A DNA stretch of 64,000 bases from Actinomycetes bacterium (GCA_024276425.1 JAJRXF010000094.1:3152-67151); one strand, 5' to 3'. Counted from the stretch's first letter, positions 1-10,537 are shown. The notes: generated from the letters alone by a model not told the origin. Translations and numbers: made by a program.

Positions 1-445
1 CCCGAAGATCCTTGGACATGGCTACAAGCATTTTCCGAAATGTCGCGGCTTGTTGGGCTTGTTTTGAGTCGAACCGCAAACGGTCCAGCTTGGTAACACC
101 ATCAACAATGGCGGCCACGTCTCCGCCGAACTCCCGTTCCAGGTCAATGAGGGTGACGCCGGTGTCCTCGACCGCATCGTGGAGCAGAGCCGCAGCAATT
201 GTGACTTCGTCTAGTCCAAGTTCGGCCACAATCCTGGCTACGGCCAGAGGATGCACGATGTAGGGCTCGCCCGACTTACGTCGCTGCGGAGCATGGGCTT
301 CGGCCGACATGGCGTAGGCCCGTCGCACAAGATCAACCTGCTCAGCTCGACGGGGGCCCTCAAACCGAGAGACGAGCCCCATGATTTCCTCCTCCACCGG
401 TTCGCCATCACGAAGCCAGGGCAAAAGGCGGATAGCTGTTGGCAT
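1..445 (-). CDS. relA: Bifunctional (p)ppGpp synthetase/hydrolase, RelA/SpoT family; 5' part only, gene runs off the window start
   Basis: Absent from the ORF track because it is open at the window edge. My minus-strand translation from ATG 445..443 reads MPTAIRLLPWLRDGEPVEEEIMGLVSRFEGPRRAEQVDLVRRAYAMSAEAHAPQRRKSGEPYIVHPLAVARIVAELGLDEVTIAAALLHDAVEDTGVT..., which is the HD hydrolase domain. The start overlaps the apt stop (ATGA). apt-relA synteny matches mycobacteria. Confidence 0.85.
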   Translation of the reverse strand, partial: MPTAIRLLPWLRDGEPVEEEIMGLVSRFEGPRRAEQVDLVRRAYAMSAEAHAPQRRKSGEPYIVHPLAVARIVAELGLDEVTIAAALLHDAVEDTGVTLIDLEREFGGDVAAIVDGVTKLDRLRFDSKQAQQAATFRKMLVAMSKDLR

Positions 446-969
446 CAGTCGCTCACCTTCCATAGCGAGGTAACCAAATAGTCAGAAAGAATCTTCCGGC
501 CTCCAAGACTTGGAATTTCCATAATGGCCCGGATGGAATCGACGCTCCCTCCCGCTTGTTCCACCAGTTTCGCCGCCGCCAGGGCGGTGCCTCCTGTGGC
601 GATCACATCGTCGACAATGACTACCCTTTCACCCGGTCGGATTGCCCCGACCTGTATTTCTAGACTGTCCGAACCATACTCAAGTTCATAGGAGACACTA
701 AGGACTTGACCGGGCAGCTTTCCTGGTTTGCGTGCGGTGACAAAGCCAACTCCCAGACGTTGGGCCGTTATTACCCCGGCAAGAAAGCCGCGCGCTTCCA
801 TGCCAACTACCACATCGATGCGTTCCAGGCCCTGCGCCAAAGCGACAGCACAACGTGAGGTAGCAGAAGACGACCGCCAAAGGGGGGACAAATCTTGGAA
901 AACGATGCCGGGTTTGGGAAAGTCAGGTATCTCATTGACCGACGCAAGTAACCAGTCAGGAGCGTTCAT
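445..969 (-). CDS. apt: Adenine phosphoribosyltransferase
   Basis: 174 aa. PRPP-binding motif VVIVDDVIATGGT and N-terminal FPKPGIVFQDLSPL are typical of Apt. Sits between secF and relA. Confidence 0.93.
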   Translation of the reverse strand: MNAPDWLLASVNEIPDFPKPGIVFQDLSPLWRSSSATSRCAVALAQGLERIDVVVGMEARGFLAGVITAQRLGVGFVTARKPGKLPGQVLSVSYELEYGSDSLEIQVGAIRPGERVVIVDDVIATGGTALAAAKLVEQAGGSVDSIRAIMEIPSLGGRKILSDYLVTSLWKVSD

Positions 970-1027
970 GGTGCCCGAGGTTACTCCAGGCTTCAGGCCG
1001 ACCGGTTGAGCGCTTGGCCGGGGATTC

Positions 1028-2008
1028 TTAGCTCTTGGCCTTCGCCTTCAGTTCCCGAGCACGTCGCTTCTCGCGAATGTTGGCTTCAGCAATCTCTTCC
1101 GGCTCACGCTCCTTCAGCCACGCCAACACCGGAGCGGCCAAGAAGAGAGACGAATAGGTGCCAAGGATGAGTCCGATGAAGAGGGCAACGGAGAAATCTC
1201 GCAGGGTGGCACCGCCAAGAAAAAACCCACCGATCACGAGCATCGAGAATACCGGGAGCACCGTCGTAATCGTGGTGTTGATCGAGCGCATGAGCACCTG
1301 GTTCATTGAACGATTCACCAGCGCGGTATAGCCCCGACTTCGGGAACCTCGCTCCAATTCGTTTTCGAGCACCTTGTCGTAGACCACCACGGTGTCATAG
1401 AGCGAATAGCCCATGATTGTTAGCAACGCGATGACCGTTGCCGGGCTCACCTCGAAACGAAACGCAGCGTACACCCCGGCCGTGAGCAACAGATCGTGGG
1501 TCACAGCAATCAGTGCTCCTAGGGCCATGCGCCATTCCAGCGTCCAGGCCAAATAGGCGGCAACCACCACGAAGAAGACCACCAAAGCCCGCTCAGCTTT
1601 GCCGGTTATCTGGCTGCCCCAAGTTGGCCCGACGGTGTTGATCGAAACGACATCAGCGCTGACTCCACCGAGTTCGGCCAGTTCGTCAATGAGCTTCCCG
1701 CTATCGCCGAGCACCGCTGACCCAGTATGGACCCTTACAAAGGTGTCTCCCTCAGCATTTTCGACGATTTGCACTCGGGCATCCGGCACGGAGATGGCCG
1801 CCCGAGCCTCGGCCACCGATACCTCCGCACCGATGGGTGCCTCGAAAATTCCTCCACCTTCGAAATCGATGCTCTTGTTTAATCCGACAACCAACAGAAG
1901 TATCACCGCGAGTGCGGTCATCGTGGCTGAAAGGGGAACAGTTTTGGCCCAGATCGGAAGGAAGTCGACTTTGGATTTGCTTCGATATAGGTCGGATCGC
2001 AGGTTCAT
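1028..2008 (-). CDS. secF: Protein translocase subunit SecF
   Basis: 326 aa polytopic membrane protein. 4-nt overlap with upstream secD. Basic K/R-rich C-terminal tail. Confidence 0.92.
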   Translation of the reverse strand: MNLRSDLYRSKSKVDFLPIWAKTVPLSATMTALAVILLLVVGLNKSIDFEGGGIFEAPIGAEVSVAEARAAISVPDARVQIVENAEGDTFVRVHTGSAVLGDSGKLIDELAELGGVSADVVSINTVGPTWGSQITGKAERALVVFFVVVAAYLAWTLEWRMALGALIAVTHDLLLTAGVYAAFRFEVSPATVIALLTIMGYSLYDTVVVYDKVLENELERGSRSRGYTALVNRSMNQVLMRSINTTITTVLPVFSMLVIGGFFLGGATLRDFSVALFIGLILGTYSSLFLAAPVLAWLKEREPEEIAEANIREKRRARELKAKAKS

Positions 2009-3708
2009 GACTTACCTCGCACAGGCATGCCAAGGCGAGCGGGATTGCTCTTGATCGATTCTCGGGATGCAATCCAGGCCAACGCCGGACGCATGAACCA
2101 ATAGGCCACCAGGAGATCGAGGAGGGTGGCAAGGCCGAGGTAAAGAGCGAAGCCTCGAACTGCACCCACGGTCAGCAGGTACAGCAGGCCAGCGGCAATA
2201 AGGCTGACCATGTCGGCCTTGACGATGGTGCCAATGGCACTCTGGTAGGCCCGCTCAATCGATGTGCTGACACGTTTCCCCGAGGCAACGGCGTCCTTGA
2301 CGTTCTCAAAGTAGACAATGTTGGAGTCCGCAGAAACGCCAATAGAAACAATGAGTCCCACCACCCCTGACAGGGTGATGGCAAGGCCTTTGGATTGGCC
2401 AAGCCAAGCAATGATTGTCCACAGCAACAGACCAGAAATGACGAGTCCACTGATCGCCACTGTTCCCGCCCACCGGTAGTAGGCCATAATATAGACGCCG
2501 ACCAGGACCAGTCCGACAATGCCTGCGATGATGCCTGAGCGAAGCACATCATCGCCAATGGCGGCTGAAACTGTCCGAGTTTGTTGCGGAGTCAATTCGA
2601 CAGGTAGGGCACCATAGCTCAACGCCAAAGCCAGATTCTTCGCCTCGTCCTCGGTGAAGGTTCCCGAGATGACAACATTATCGCGGCTGAAAGAAGGGGC
2701 GTTGATGGTTGGAGCCGAGATTACCTGATGATCCAGAACGATAGCTAGTGCTCCGCGACCAGATGTTCCCTGCGCAGGGCAAATCTCACTATTGTTTCCC
2801 TGGAAAGGCTGGGCGCAAATGGCGGCAATGGCGTTGAACGCATCGATGCCGTCGGGGCCCGCCCGAAAGGTCGGGTTTACGGTCCAAATGTTGCCGTTGA
2901 AGCCCGGGTCGGCTGATTCCAGAGCGTCCCCCTTCAGCAGGGTTGGACCAAGGCAGTAGATTCCCCCGGTGGTGGAATCTTCCAACACAACATAGCTGTC
3001 AGCCAAATCGTCCTCCGGCTCGAACGGCTCCGCCGATGAACAGGCCTCATAGGCGGCGATCTGAGAAGGCGTCAAGGGGATTTCGTCCGGCTGAGGGACT
3101 GGGTTGGTCGACTCGGCCGAATCTGCAACAGAGGTGTCGCTCGACCCAACCGGGGTTGTGGTAGTTGTGGATGAGCCATCGTTCTGACGGCCGCGGATGG
3201 GCCGGAGCGAGCCTTCTTCATCCCCGACCTGGCTCGTGCTACTACTACCATTTTCATCAGCCGCAGGAAGCGATGTTTCAGGAACCGGAGTCCCAGAATC
3301 GGCCGGCGACGGGAACGCGCCGTCGGCTCCATCTGCCCCATCAAAGGCCAAGAAATTCATGCGGTCCGGACCAAGAATTACTGGACGAAACCGCAGTTCC
3401 GCCGTCTGTCCGACAAGGGCCAGTGCGCGCTGTTGTTCCTCCACCCCGGGCAAGTCAACCACAATATTGTCACCCTGCCGAGAGATCTCCGGCTCGGCCA
3501 CACCGAGTCCATCGACACGACTACGAATGATTTCGACCGTCTGGTCAAGGGTTTGGGCCGAAACCTTCTCGGTTGGCTGGAGGACCACGGAAACCCCGCC
3601 CTGCAGGTCAAGGCCAAGGAGTGGCTCATTACCAACGGCGATGGTGTAAATCATTCCGGAAACCGCAAGGAGAACCAGAAAGATGGCGGAAGTCAGACGG
3701 TTACGCAC
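2005..3708 (-). CDS. secD: Protein translocase subunit SecD
   Basis: 567 aa. N-terminal TM followed by LGLDLQGG. Long S/T/D/P-rich low-complexity insert in the extracytoplasmic domain, as in actinobacterial SecD. C-terminal 6-TM RND-like block. Confidence 0.93.
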   Translation of the reverse strand: MRNRLTSAIFLVLLAVSGMIYTIAVGNEPLLGLDLQGGVSVVLQPTEKVSAQTLDQTVEIIRSRVDGLGVAEPEISRQGDNIVVDLPGVEEQQRALALVGQTAELRFRPVILGPDRMNFLAFDGADGADGAFPSPADSGTPVPETSLPAADENGSSSTSQVGDEEGSLRPIRGRQNDGSSTTTTTPVGSSDTSVADSAESTNPVPQPDEIPLTPSQIAAYEACSSAEPFEPEDDLADSYVVLEDSTTGGIYCLGPTLLKGDALESADPGFNGNIWTVNPTFRAGPDGIDAFNAIAAICAQPFQGNNSEICPAQGTSGRGALAIVLDHQVISAPTINAPSFSRDNVVISGTFTEDEAKNLALALSYGALPVELTPQQTRTVSAAIGDDVLRSGIIAGIVGLVLVGVYIMAYYRWAGTVAISGLVISGLLLWTIIAWLGQSKGLAITLSGVVGLIVSIGVSADSNIVYFENVKDAVASGKRVSTSIERAYQSAIGTIVKADMVSLIAAGLLYLLTVGAVRGFALYLGLATLLDLLVAYWFMRPALAWIASRESIKSNPARLGMPVRGKS

Positions 3709-3710
3709 AA

Positions 3711-4010
3711 CTAGCCTTCGTCCTCTTCATCCTTTTCTTCTTTGATGCTCTCCTCGCCTGGGGGCATCACGCGGCCAGCGACCGAGGCGCGATCAACCTT
3801 GAGTTCGACATCCTCCGCTATCTCGACCCACAGCACCGACTCATCAATGGCCGACACAAAACCGTAGATTCCCGACGACAGCAGAATCTCATCACCTTCT
3901 TCCAACGCGGCCAGCATGGCCGCCTGCTTCTTCTGTTGTCGCTGCTTGGGTACAACAAAAACTGCGTACATAACAGCGAAGATGACGGCATACAGCAACA
4001 CAACTTCCAC
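3711..4010 (-). CDS. yajC: Preprotein translocase subunit YajC
   Basis: 99 aa. Single N-terminal TM, then KQRQQKKQ..., and an acidic tail. Directly upstream of secDF. Confidence 0.85.
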   Translation of the reverse strand: MEVVLLYAVIFAVMYAVFVVPKQRQQKKQAAMLAALEEGDEILLSSGIYGFVSAIDESVLWVEIAEDVELKVDRASVAGRVMPPGEESIKEEKDEEDEG

Positions 4011-4066
4011 CGGAAACCTCCAACCGTGGCACGCTAGCGCTCAAACCACCCGAAGTGGTGCCACCG

Positions 4067-5176
4067 CTAACCCCAGACTGCGAGAATTTCCGAACGGAGA
4101 TCAGAAAACGTCCCGGTCAGGATGGCCTTGCGCATCCTGCTGGTGAGATCCGCCAGCCAGGCCAGATTGTGGAGGGTAATAATCCTGCCCGCCGTTGGCT
4201 CGTTGGTAACCAAGAGGTGGCGGACATAAGCCCGGGAGAACCGAGATGAAAGTGGGTGGCTGAAGTTGGGGTCGATCGGACCCTCATCATCGCGAAATCG
4301 AAGGTTCTTGAGGTTGAGTCGTCCAACCGAGGTCAGAGCCGTGCCATGCCTCGCCAGCCTGGTCGGAAGCACGCAGTCAAACATATCTACCCCCTGGTTT
4401 ACCGCCTCGATGAGGCCGACCGGATCACCAAGACCCATGAAGTAACGAGGCTTATCCACGGGCAAAAGCTCGGTGGCCGCCGACAAGGCCGGGATCATCT
4501 CCGAGCGCGACTCGCCCACCGACAATCCACCAATGGCATAGCCATCGAACCCGATCTCCATGGTCCTCAGGGCCGACATCCTCCGCAACTCAACGTCGAC
4601 TCCACCCTGCACAATCCCGAATTGGGCCTGATCGGATCGGGTATGGGCTGCTTTGGATCGCTCAGCCCAGCGGATCGTCCGCTCGACCGCATCGATCTGA
4701 ACCTGCTTGGGTGAGGGCAATGGCGGGCAGACATCGAGCACCATGGCGATATCTGCCCCAAGTTGCTCCTGCACCCTTACCGAACGCTCGGGTGAAAGCT
4801 CAACATAGGCCCCGTCATAAACCGAGCGGAAGGTGGCACATTCCTCGGTGAGGTTGGGCTCCAGGCTGAAGATCTGGTAGCCGCCAGAGTCGGTCAGCAT
4901 GTGGCCAGACCAGTCCATGAACTGGTGGAGTCCTCCCATCTTCTCAATCAGGTCGGCACCAGGCCGTTCCATAAGGTGATAGGTGTTCCCCAGAATAATC
5001 GGTGGAGGACCAAGCCGTTCCAAGTCGCCAGTGTCGAGAGTCTTGACTGCTGCCCTGGTCCCAACCGGCATGAACACCGGTGTCTCAATTTCACCACGCG
5101 GAGTGAGGATTCGACCGGCCCTGGCTGGGCCGTCGCACCTTTCAACCTCGATTCGAAATCTGGATGCCTCGCTCAC
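4067..5176 (-). CDS. tgt: Queuine tRNA-ribosyltransferase (tRNA-guanine transglycosylase)
   Basis: 369 aa. Motifs TPVFMPVGT, ILGNTYHL and DSGGYQIFSL. 4-nt overlap with queA. Confidence 0.94.
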   Translation of the reverse strand: MSEASRFRIEVERCDGPARAGRILTPRGEIETPVFMPVGTRAAVKTLDTGDLERLGPPPIILGNTYHLMERPGADLIEKMGGLHQFMDWSGHMLTDSGGYQIFSLEPNLTEECATFRSVYDGAYVELSPERSVRVQEQLGADIAMVLDVCPPLPSPKQVQIDAVERTIRWAERSKAAHTRSDQAQFGIVQGGVDVELRRMSALRTMEIGFDGYAIGGLSVGESRSEMIPALSAATELLPVDKPRYFMGLGDPVGLIEAVNQGVDMFDCVLPTRLARHGTALTSVGRLNLKNLRFRDDEGPIDPNFSHPLSSRFSRAYVRHLLVTNEPTAGRIITLHNLAWLADLTSRMRKAILTGTFSDLRSEILAVWG

Positions 5177-6237
5177 AATGCGGCCCCGTTTGCTTGTTCT
5201 GGTGCGTTCCGTTTGTCTGGGTTCCTCTCAAGCAACATTGCGTCGCCAAAACTTAAGAACCGATAGCCCTCATTCTGAGCCTCGGCATAGAGATCTCGCC
5301 ATACTGGGCCGACGAAGGCGTCGACCAGGACCAGCAGAGACGACCGGGGAACATGGAAGTTTGTCAGGAGGCAATCGACAACCTTCCAGTCGAACCCATG
5401 ATGAATAAACAAATCGGTTCGTCCTGAAAGAGCCGAGGTCCCCTCGCTCCCAATACGAGCAGCCACCGACTCCAACGTTCGAACCGTCGTTGTGCCAACT
5501 GCTATGACCCGCCGACCGTCAATCTTGGCCGCCTCAATCTGGTTCCACGCGGCTTCAGACACCGCAAAGGCCTCGGTGTGCATCAGGTGATCCTGAACAA
5601 TCTCAGCCGAAATGGGCCGAAAGGTGCCAAGGCCTACCCGCAAATCGACCCAGGCAATTTGGATTCCACGTTCAGCCATGGCCTCCAAAACACGATCCGT
5701 CAGGTGCAACCCGGCAGTTGGAGCGGCAACCGAGCCAGGTTCAGCGGCGTAGACCGTTTGATACCGATCCATATCGAGGAGCGGCTCCGTAATGTAGGGA
5801 GGCAGGGGAATTTCACCACAGCGCTCCAGAAGGTCATCTGCCAGGAGACGTACCACCCGGCGGCCATCAGCCAGCGAATCAACAATGTCGAGAACTGGCT
5901 CGCCTTGGAATTCGAGCCGAGTGCCAACCCGCAGACGCTTACCTGGCTTCACCAATGCCTGCCACTCTCGGTGCTTGCCCGTCGGTTCCAACAAGAGCAC
6001 CTCGACCGCTCCTCCGGTTGGTTTATGTAGATGAAATCGGGCTGCTATCACCTTGGTGTTGTTCAGGACCAACAGGTCACCGGGTTGTAAAATGTCCGGC
6101 AGGTCTCGGACATGACGATGCTCACAAGCGGCACCTCGATGATGGACCAAAAGACGGGCTGAGTCTCGAGGCTCGGCCGGAATCTGACCAATACTCGACT
6201 GGGGCAGATCGAAGTCAAAATCCGAGGTTGCAGTCAC
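5173..6237 (-). CDS. queA: S-adenosylmethionine:tRNA ribosyltransferase-isomerase
   Basis: 354 aa. FDFDLPQSSIGQIPAEPRDSARLL start, IPLPPYI motif, GTTTVRTLES. Confidence 0.94.
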   Translation of the reverse strand: MTATSDFDFDLPQSSIGQIPAEPRDSARLLVHHRGAACEHRHVRDLPDILQPGDLLVLNNTKVIAARFHLHKPTGGAVEVLLLEPTGKHREWQALVKPGKRLRVGTRLEFQGEPVLDIVDSLADGRRVVRLLADDLLERCGEIPLPPYITEPLLDMDRYQTVYAAEPGSVAAPTAGLHLTDRVLEAMAERGIQIAWVDLRVGLGTFRPISAEIVQDHLMHTEAFAVSEAAWNQIEAAKIDGRRVIAVGTTTVRTLESVAARIGSEGTSALSGRTDLFIHHGFDWKVVDCLLTNFHVPRSSLLVLVDAFVGPVWRDLYAEAQNEGYRFLSFGDAMLLERNPDKRNAPEQANGAAL

Positions 6238-6300
6238 TCCGGCAATCTATTGGCCAAAGACCTGCATGGGACTCTGTCAGCTACACAGGGGGCCTCTGGG

Positions 6301-7353
6301 TCATTTGTAAAGGGGGGCCTCTGGAGGAGGACCCAGCGTGCCATCTGGCGGTTGGAGACCAAGGTGCTGCCATGCGGCGGCGGTCGCCATCCGTCCCCGA
6401 GATGTCCGCAGAAGAAGCCCCTGCTGAATAAGGAACGGTTCGACCACGTCCTCAACGGTCTCGGTGGGCTCGGCCACCGAGATCGCCAGGGTTGAGAGCC
6501 CAACCGGGCCACCACGGAAATGTACACACAAGTTTTCTAACAAGGTGCGGTCCACCTTGTCCAAGCCCCGCTCGTCGATCCCAAATAGAGCCAAGCCGTC
6601 GGCGGCCGCCTCATGGTCGATAACACCATTTCCCCGGACCTCGGCGTAGTCCTGGACCCGCTTGAGCAGCCGGTTAGCAATTCTGGGTGTTCCTCGACCG
6701 CGCCGAGCAATCTCCCAGGCCCCACCCTCATCGATTTCGACCCCAAGGATTTTGGCTGTTCGATGCACAATCACTTCGAGATCTTCCGGAGCGTAAAACT
6801 CTAACCGGAAGCTGAAACCAAAGCGATCCCGTAGCGGCCCGGTAATCAACCCCGTTCGGGTTGTTGCCCCCACCAAGGTGAAGGGCTCCAACTCGAAGCG
6901 AATGGAGCGGGCGGCCGGGCCCTTACCAAGCATCACGTCAATCTGACGGTCTTCCATTGCCGGGTACAACACCTCTTCCACCATCCGAGGTAGCCGGTGA
7001 ATCTCATCAATGAACAAAACGTCGCCGCCCTCAACCTTGGTGAGGATTGAGGCCAGGTCTCCGGCCCGTTCAATGGCCGGGCCGGAAGTCAAATGCAGAT
7101 GTGATCCCAATTCGGTGGCCACGATCCCCGCCAGTGTTGTCTTTCCCAGCCCAGGAGGGCCAGCAAAGAGCAAATGGTCAGCGGCCTGGTTCCGCTTGCG
7201 AGCAGCCTCCAAAATGATCCCTAGTCGGTCCTTCAATTGCTGCTGTCCAATAAAGTCAGCCAGTGATCTGGGCCGCAATCCGCCCTCATCTGCTACCCCG
7301 CCGAACTGTTCCTCTACTCGCTGTTCGGGCTCAACCCATTCGTCTCTTGGCAT
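6301..7353 (-). CDS. ruvB: Holliday junction branch migration DNA helicase RuvB
   Basis: 350 aa. Walker A GPPGLGKTT, Walker B LFIDEIHRL, RuvB C-terminal winged helix. Confidence 0.96.
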   Translation of the reverse strand: MPRDEWVEPEQRVEEQFGGVADEGGLRPRSLADFIGQQQLKDRLGIILEAARKRNQAADHLLFAGPPGLGKTTLAGIVATELGSHLHLTSGPAIERAGDLASILTKVEGGDVLFIDEIHRLPRMVEEVLYPAMEDRQIDVMLGKGPAARSIRFELEPFTLVGATTRTGLITGPLRDRFGFSFRLEFYAPEDLEVIVHRTAKILGVEIDEGGAWEIARRGRGTPRIANRLLKRVQDYAEVRGNGVIDHEAAADGLALFGIDERGLDKVDRTLLENLCVHFRGGPVGLSTLAISVAEPTETVEDVVEPFLIQQGLLLRTSRGRMATAAAWQHLGLQPPDGTLGPPPEAPLYK

Positions 7354-7356
7354 CGG

Positions 7357-7992
7357 TTAGGCCCCCGCCAGAACGCGGAGAGTCATCTTGAGAAGATCAC
7401 CGGGGTCGGCTCCCTCGACCCTGTCAGCGTCCACGCCAGCCAACGCCTTGCGAATCTCCTCCGGACCGTACCCCAGACTGACCAACGCCTCTCGAACATC
7501 GGACAGCGCGCTGGGTGCCAAAACCCTGTCCTCACTGCCATGAACGTCACTGCTGCCAGAACCATCGAGTACCGGAAGGACCAGAACTGACTTGAGATCG
7601 ACTAGCAGCCGTTGGGCGGTTTTCTTGCCTACCCCCGGCACCGCGCACAGGGCATCAACATCGTCATCGGCCAAGACCTGGGCCAACCGTGGAGGCGAAT
7701 AGGTACCCAACACAGCCAAAGCCAGCGCCGGTCCGACCTTGTGGGCAGTGAGGAGACCCTCAAATGCGTCGCGCTCATCCCGGGTAGCAAAACCAAAAAG
7801 CTTTTGGTCAGCTTCCCAAAAGTGATGGTGTACATAGAGGAAGGCATCCCCACCGGCGGATAGCGCAGACAGGGTTGCGGCGGTAACCGTGAGTCGGTAC
7901 CCGACACCTTGTACTTCCAGAAGAACTTGAGCGCTGGACTTGTCTGATGGACCATCTCGATCAATCACCGAACCTCGGAGCGAGCCGATCAT
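7357..7992 (-). CDS. ruvA: Holliday junction DNA helicase subunit RuvA
   Basis: 211 aa. MIGSLRGSV... start, HhH segment VPGVGKKTAQRLL. Lies between ruvC and ruvB. Confidence 0.93.
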   Translation of the reverse strand: MIGSLRGSVIDRDGPSDKSSAQVLLEVQGVGYRLTVTAATLSALSAGGDAFLYVHHHFWEADQKLFGFATRDERDAFEGLLTAHKVGPALALAVLGTYSPPRLAQVLADDDVDALCAVPGVGKKTAQRLLVDLKSVLVLPVLDGSGSSDVHGSEDRVLAPSALSDVREALVSLGYGPEEIRKALAGVDADRVEGADPGDLLKMTLRVLAGA

Positions 7993-8525
7993 CGTGGGCC
8001 ACCTCGGAGAGAGGCCCTGGCTGGGCGACGTAGGGCGGTGGCCAATCGGCCGCTGGGATCATGAGCCAGGTGGCACAAGGCGACGGCCCCGGCATCAGCG
8101 GCGTCGGCTGGCTTCGGAGCAGCGGAAAGTCCAAGAAGCTGTTGCACCATCATCATCATCTGTTTCTTGTCGGCCCGACCATTTCCAGCCACGGCGGCTT
8201 TGATTTGGGAGGGAGAGTACTCAACAACATGGGCCCCACGGGCCGATGCCTCCGCCATAGCAATTCCCGAGACATGAGCAACCGGAATTGCAGTATTGAC
8301 GTTGTTCTGAAAGAAGATTTTCTCGATCGCCAAGACCTGAGGATCGAACTCATCCATGAGTTCGATGAGTTCGTAGTGGATCTCGGCCAGGCGAGGGGCA
8401 AGATCTTGGCCAGCATCTGTTCGGATTACTCCAATGGCATAGACCTTACCTCCCCCGCGACGGCCGGGTTCGATAACGGCGTAGCCACATCGGGTGAGTC
8501 CTGGGTCGATTCCGAGTACGAACAC
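7989..8525 (-). CDS. ruvC: Crossover junction endodeoxyribonuclease RuvC
   Basis: The track ORF is 282 aa, but its first ~100 codons run antisense over the divergent ABC gene. The in-frame GTG at 8525..8523 gives (M)FVLGIDPGLTRCGYAVIE..., the canonical RuvC N-terminus. 4-nt overlap with ruvA. Confidence 0.85.
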   Translation of the reverse strand: MFVLGIDPGLTRCGYAVIEPGRRGGGKVYAIGVIRTDAGQDLAPRLAEIHYELIELMDEFDPQVLAIEKIFFQNNVNTAIPVAHVSGIAMAEASARGAHVVEYSPSQIKAAVAGNGRADKKQMMMMVQQLLGLSAAPKPADAADAGAVALCHLAHDPSGRLATALRRPARASLRGGPR

Positions 8526-8585
8526 CTGTACGACGCTAGCGCCTCCACCGCTCCACTTTGTGAATGTTCGTCCGATAACGGATAG

Positions 8586-9659
8586 ATGACCCTCAAACCA
8601 CCCGATCCGATTCTGAGGCCCTTCCATGGGGATGACCCTGTCAAGCAGCGCCCTATCGGTGAACTTGTGGTCAATGTGGTCGGTGTGAGTCGATGGTTTG
8701 GCGACGTCCAGGCCCTGACGAACCTCACTCTGGAAGTGCCAAAGGGGAAAGTTACCGTTCTGCTCGGGCCCAATGGGGCAGGAAAGACCACCGCCATCCG
8801 TGTCATTACCGGAGCGCTGGCAGCGAATGAGGGCCACACCGAGGTGTTTGGCCTGAACCCCGCCACCGCCGATGGCGAAGAGGTCCGATCACGATGTGGG
8901 GTTGTCTCAGCCAAACCATCTCTCTATGACCGACTCTCGGGCTTTGACAACCTTCGTTACGCCGCTGAGTTATACGAGTTGGGACGGGGCGCCAAGGCCG
9001 ACGAGCGAATCCGAGAGGCCGCGGCCATGTTCGCCATTGATGCCTCCCTGGATCTGCAGGTGGGTGGCTACTCGACCGGTATGAAGACCCGATTGGCTCT
9101 CGCCAGAGCCGTGCTCCACAAGCCAGATCTACTCTTGCTGGACGAACCAACCTCAGGCCTCGATCCCGAGTCTGGTGCCGCAGTTCTGGAACTCATCCAG
9201 GCCATGGCTGCGGATGGCCGAACGGTGCTCATGTGCACTCACTTGCTCATGGAGGCCGAAGGTTTGGCCGACCATATCGTGGTCATGGAACACGGAACCA
9301 GCCTCCTGTCTGGAGCGCCCGACCAACTGGCCTCACGCTATTGGCCCTCCCCCATTGTGTCCTTGAGTACCGAGCGCGGGGATGACTTGGATGCTGTCGC
9401 CAACCATGAGGGAGTTCTCAGCTTCTCCCGGTCTAGGACCACCGCGAGACTAGAACTCGACACCATCGACCGGGTTCCGGAGCTGGTTTCCAGACTGAGT
9501 AGCGCGGGAGCCAGGGTGACCACGGTTGCTCCATTTCAACCAACCCTGGAAGATCTCTACTTTGCCGTCCGCCGCCACAATGGTGCCGCCGATGACGAAA
9601 AAATCGAAACAACGCCAGACATGAAAGCCACCTCCTTCGCAGCTGGGACGTCCCGATGA
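8586..9659 (+). CDS. ABC transporter ATP-binding protein (ABC-2/DrrA-like)
   Basis: 357 aa. Walker A GPNGAGKTT, signature YSTGMKTRL, Walker B LLLLDEPTSGLD. Overlaps the downstream permease by 4 nt. The exact start is uncertain. Confidence 0.88.
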   Translation: MTLKPPDPILRPFHGDDPVKQRPIGELVVNVVGVSRWFGDVQALTNLTLEVPKGKVTVLLGPNGAGKTTAIRVITGALAANEGHTEVFGLNPATADGEEVRSRCGVVSAKPSLYDRLSGFDNLRYAAELYELGRGAKADERIREAAAMFAIDASLDLQVGGYSTGMKTRLALARAVLHKPDLLLLDEPTSGLDPESGAAVLELIQAMAADGRTVLMCTHLLMEAEGLADHIVVMEHGTSLLSGAPDQLASRYWPSPIVSLSTERGDDLDAVANHEGVLSFSRSRTTARLELDTIDRVPELVSRLSSAGARVTTVAPFQPTLEDLYFAVRRHNGAADDEKIETTPDMKATSFAAGTSR

Positions 9660-10537
9660 CCACAATCACCGCCAAGAACCAGGCTCACGATGCCTCCGGA
9701 GGGCACCCACCCATGAACTGGGCCCGGATGTTCACCGTCGCCCGAACCGACCTCAAGCAGCTGGCGCAATCTCGAGATTTCTGGCTGCCAATGTCCATCC
9801 TTGGGGGCTTCTTCTTTGTCATCGTCCCGGCGATCTTGTTGCTAACGATCACCAAAATTGGTGACGTCGAGGTGGTTTCCCGGATGTCACAAACCCTTGA
9901 GGTCCTACCTCAGTCGGCTCAAGAACAGCTTCGAGGCAATTCGCCTGAGGGGCAAACCGGCTACGCATTGGCCGTGTTCCTCTTCGCCCCGATGGCCGTT
10001 GTGGTCCCACTTACAATCTCCACTGCGGTGGGTGCAGCCACCATTGTTGGCGAACGGGAAAAGGGGACCGGTGAGTTCCTGGCTCACTCACCTGCTGGTA
10101 CCCGTGAGATCTACCTTGGCAAACTCATTGCCAGCCTGATCCCAGGCTATCTCACCACCATTGTCGGCTTTGGCGCCTATTCGGTCATTGTGAACCTCAC
10201 GGTTGGCCCTGAGGTCGGTGGCTGGTTCTTTCCGACAGCTCAGTGGTGGATCATGATCTTGTGGGTCTTGCCTCCGTTCCTGGCCATCTGTCTTTCACTG
10301 GTTCTTCGACTTTCGGCCAAGGTCCGCTCTACTGCAGCCGCCCAACAGGCCTCGGGACTAGTGAGCCTGCCCTTGATCATGATCGCCTATAGCCAATCGA
10401 CTGGCGTCTTGTTCGGGGCGGGCAAGATGGGTATTTATGTGGGTGCGATCGCCTGGGTAGTCGCCCTAGTAAGCCTGCACCGCGGGGTTCGCTCGGTCAC
10501 TCGCTCGCGGCTGCTTGGCGTCGCCGCTGGCATCTAG
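9656..10537 (+). CDS. ABC-2 type transporter permease
   Basis: 293 aa with ~6 predicted TM helices. Translationally coupled to the preceding ATPase. Confidence 0.78.
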   Translation: MTTITAKNQAHDASGGHPPMNWARMFTVARTDLKQLAQSRDFWLPMSILGGFFFVIVPAILLLTITKIGDVEVVSRMSQTLEVLPQSAQEQLRGNSPEGQTGYALAVFLFAPMAVVVPLTISTAVGAATIVGEREKGTGEFLAHSPAGTREIYLGKLIASLIPGYLTTIVGFGAYSVIVNLTVGPEVGGWFFPTAQWWIMILWVLPPFLAICLSLVLRLSAKVRSTAAAQQASGLVSLPLIMIAYSQSTGVLFGAGKMGIYVGAIAWVVALVSLHRGVRSVTRSRLLGVAAGI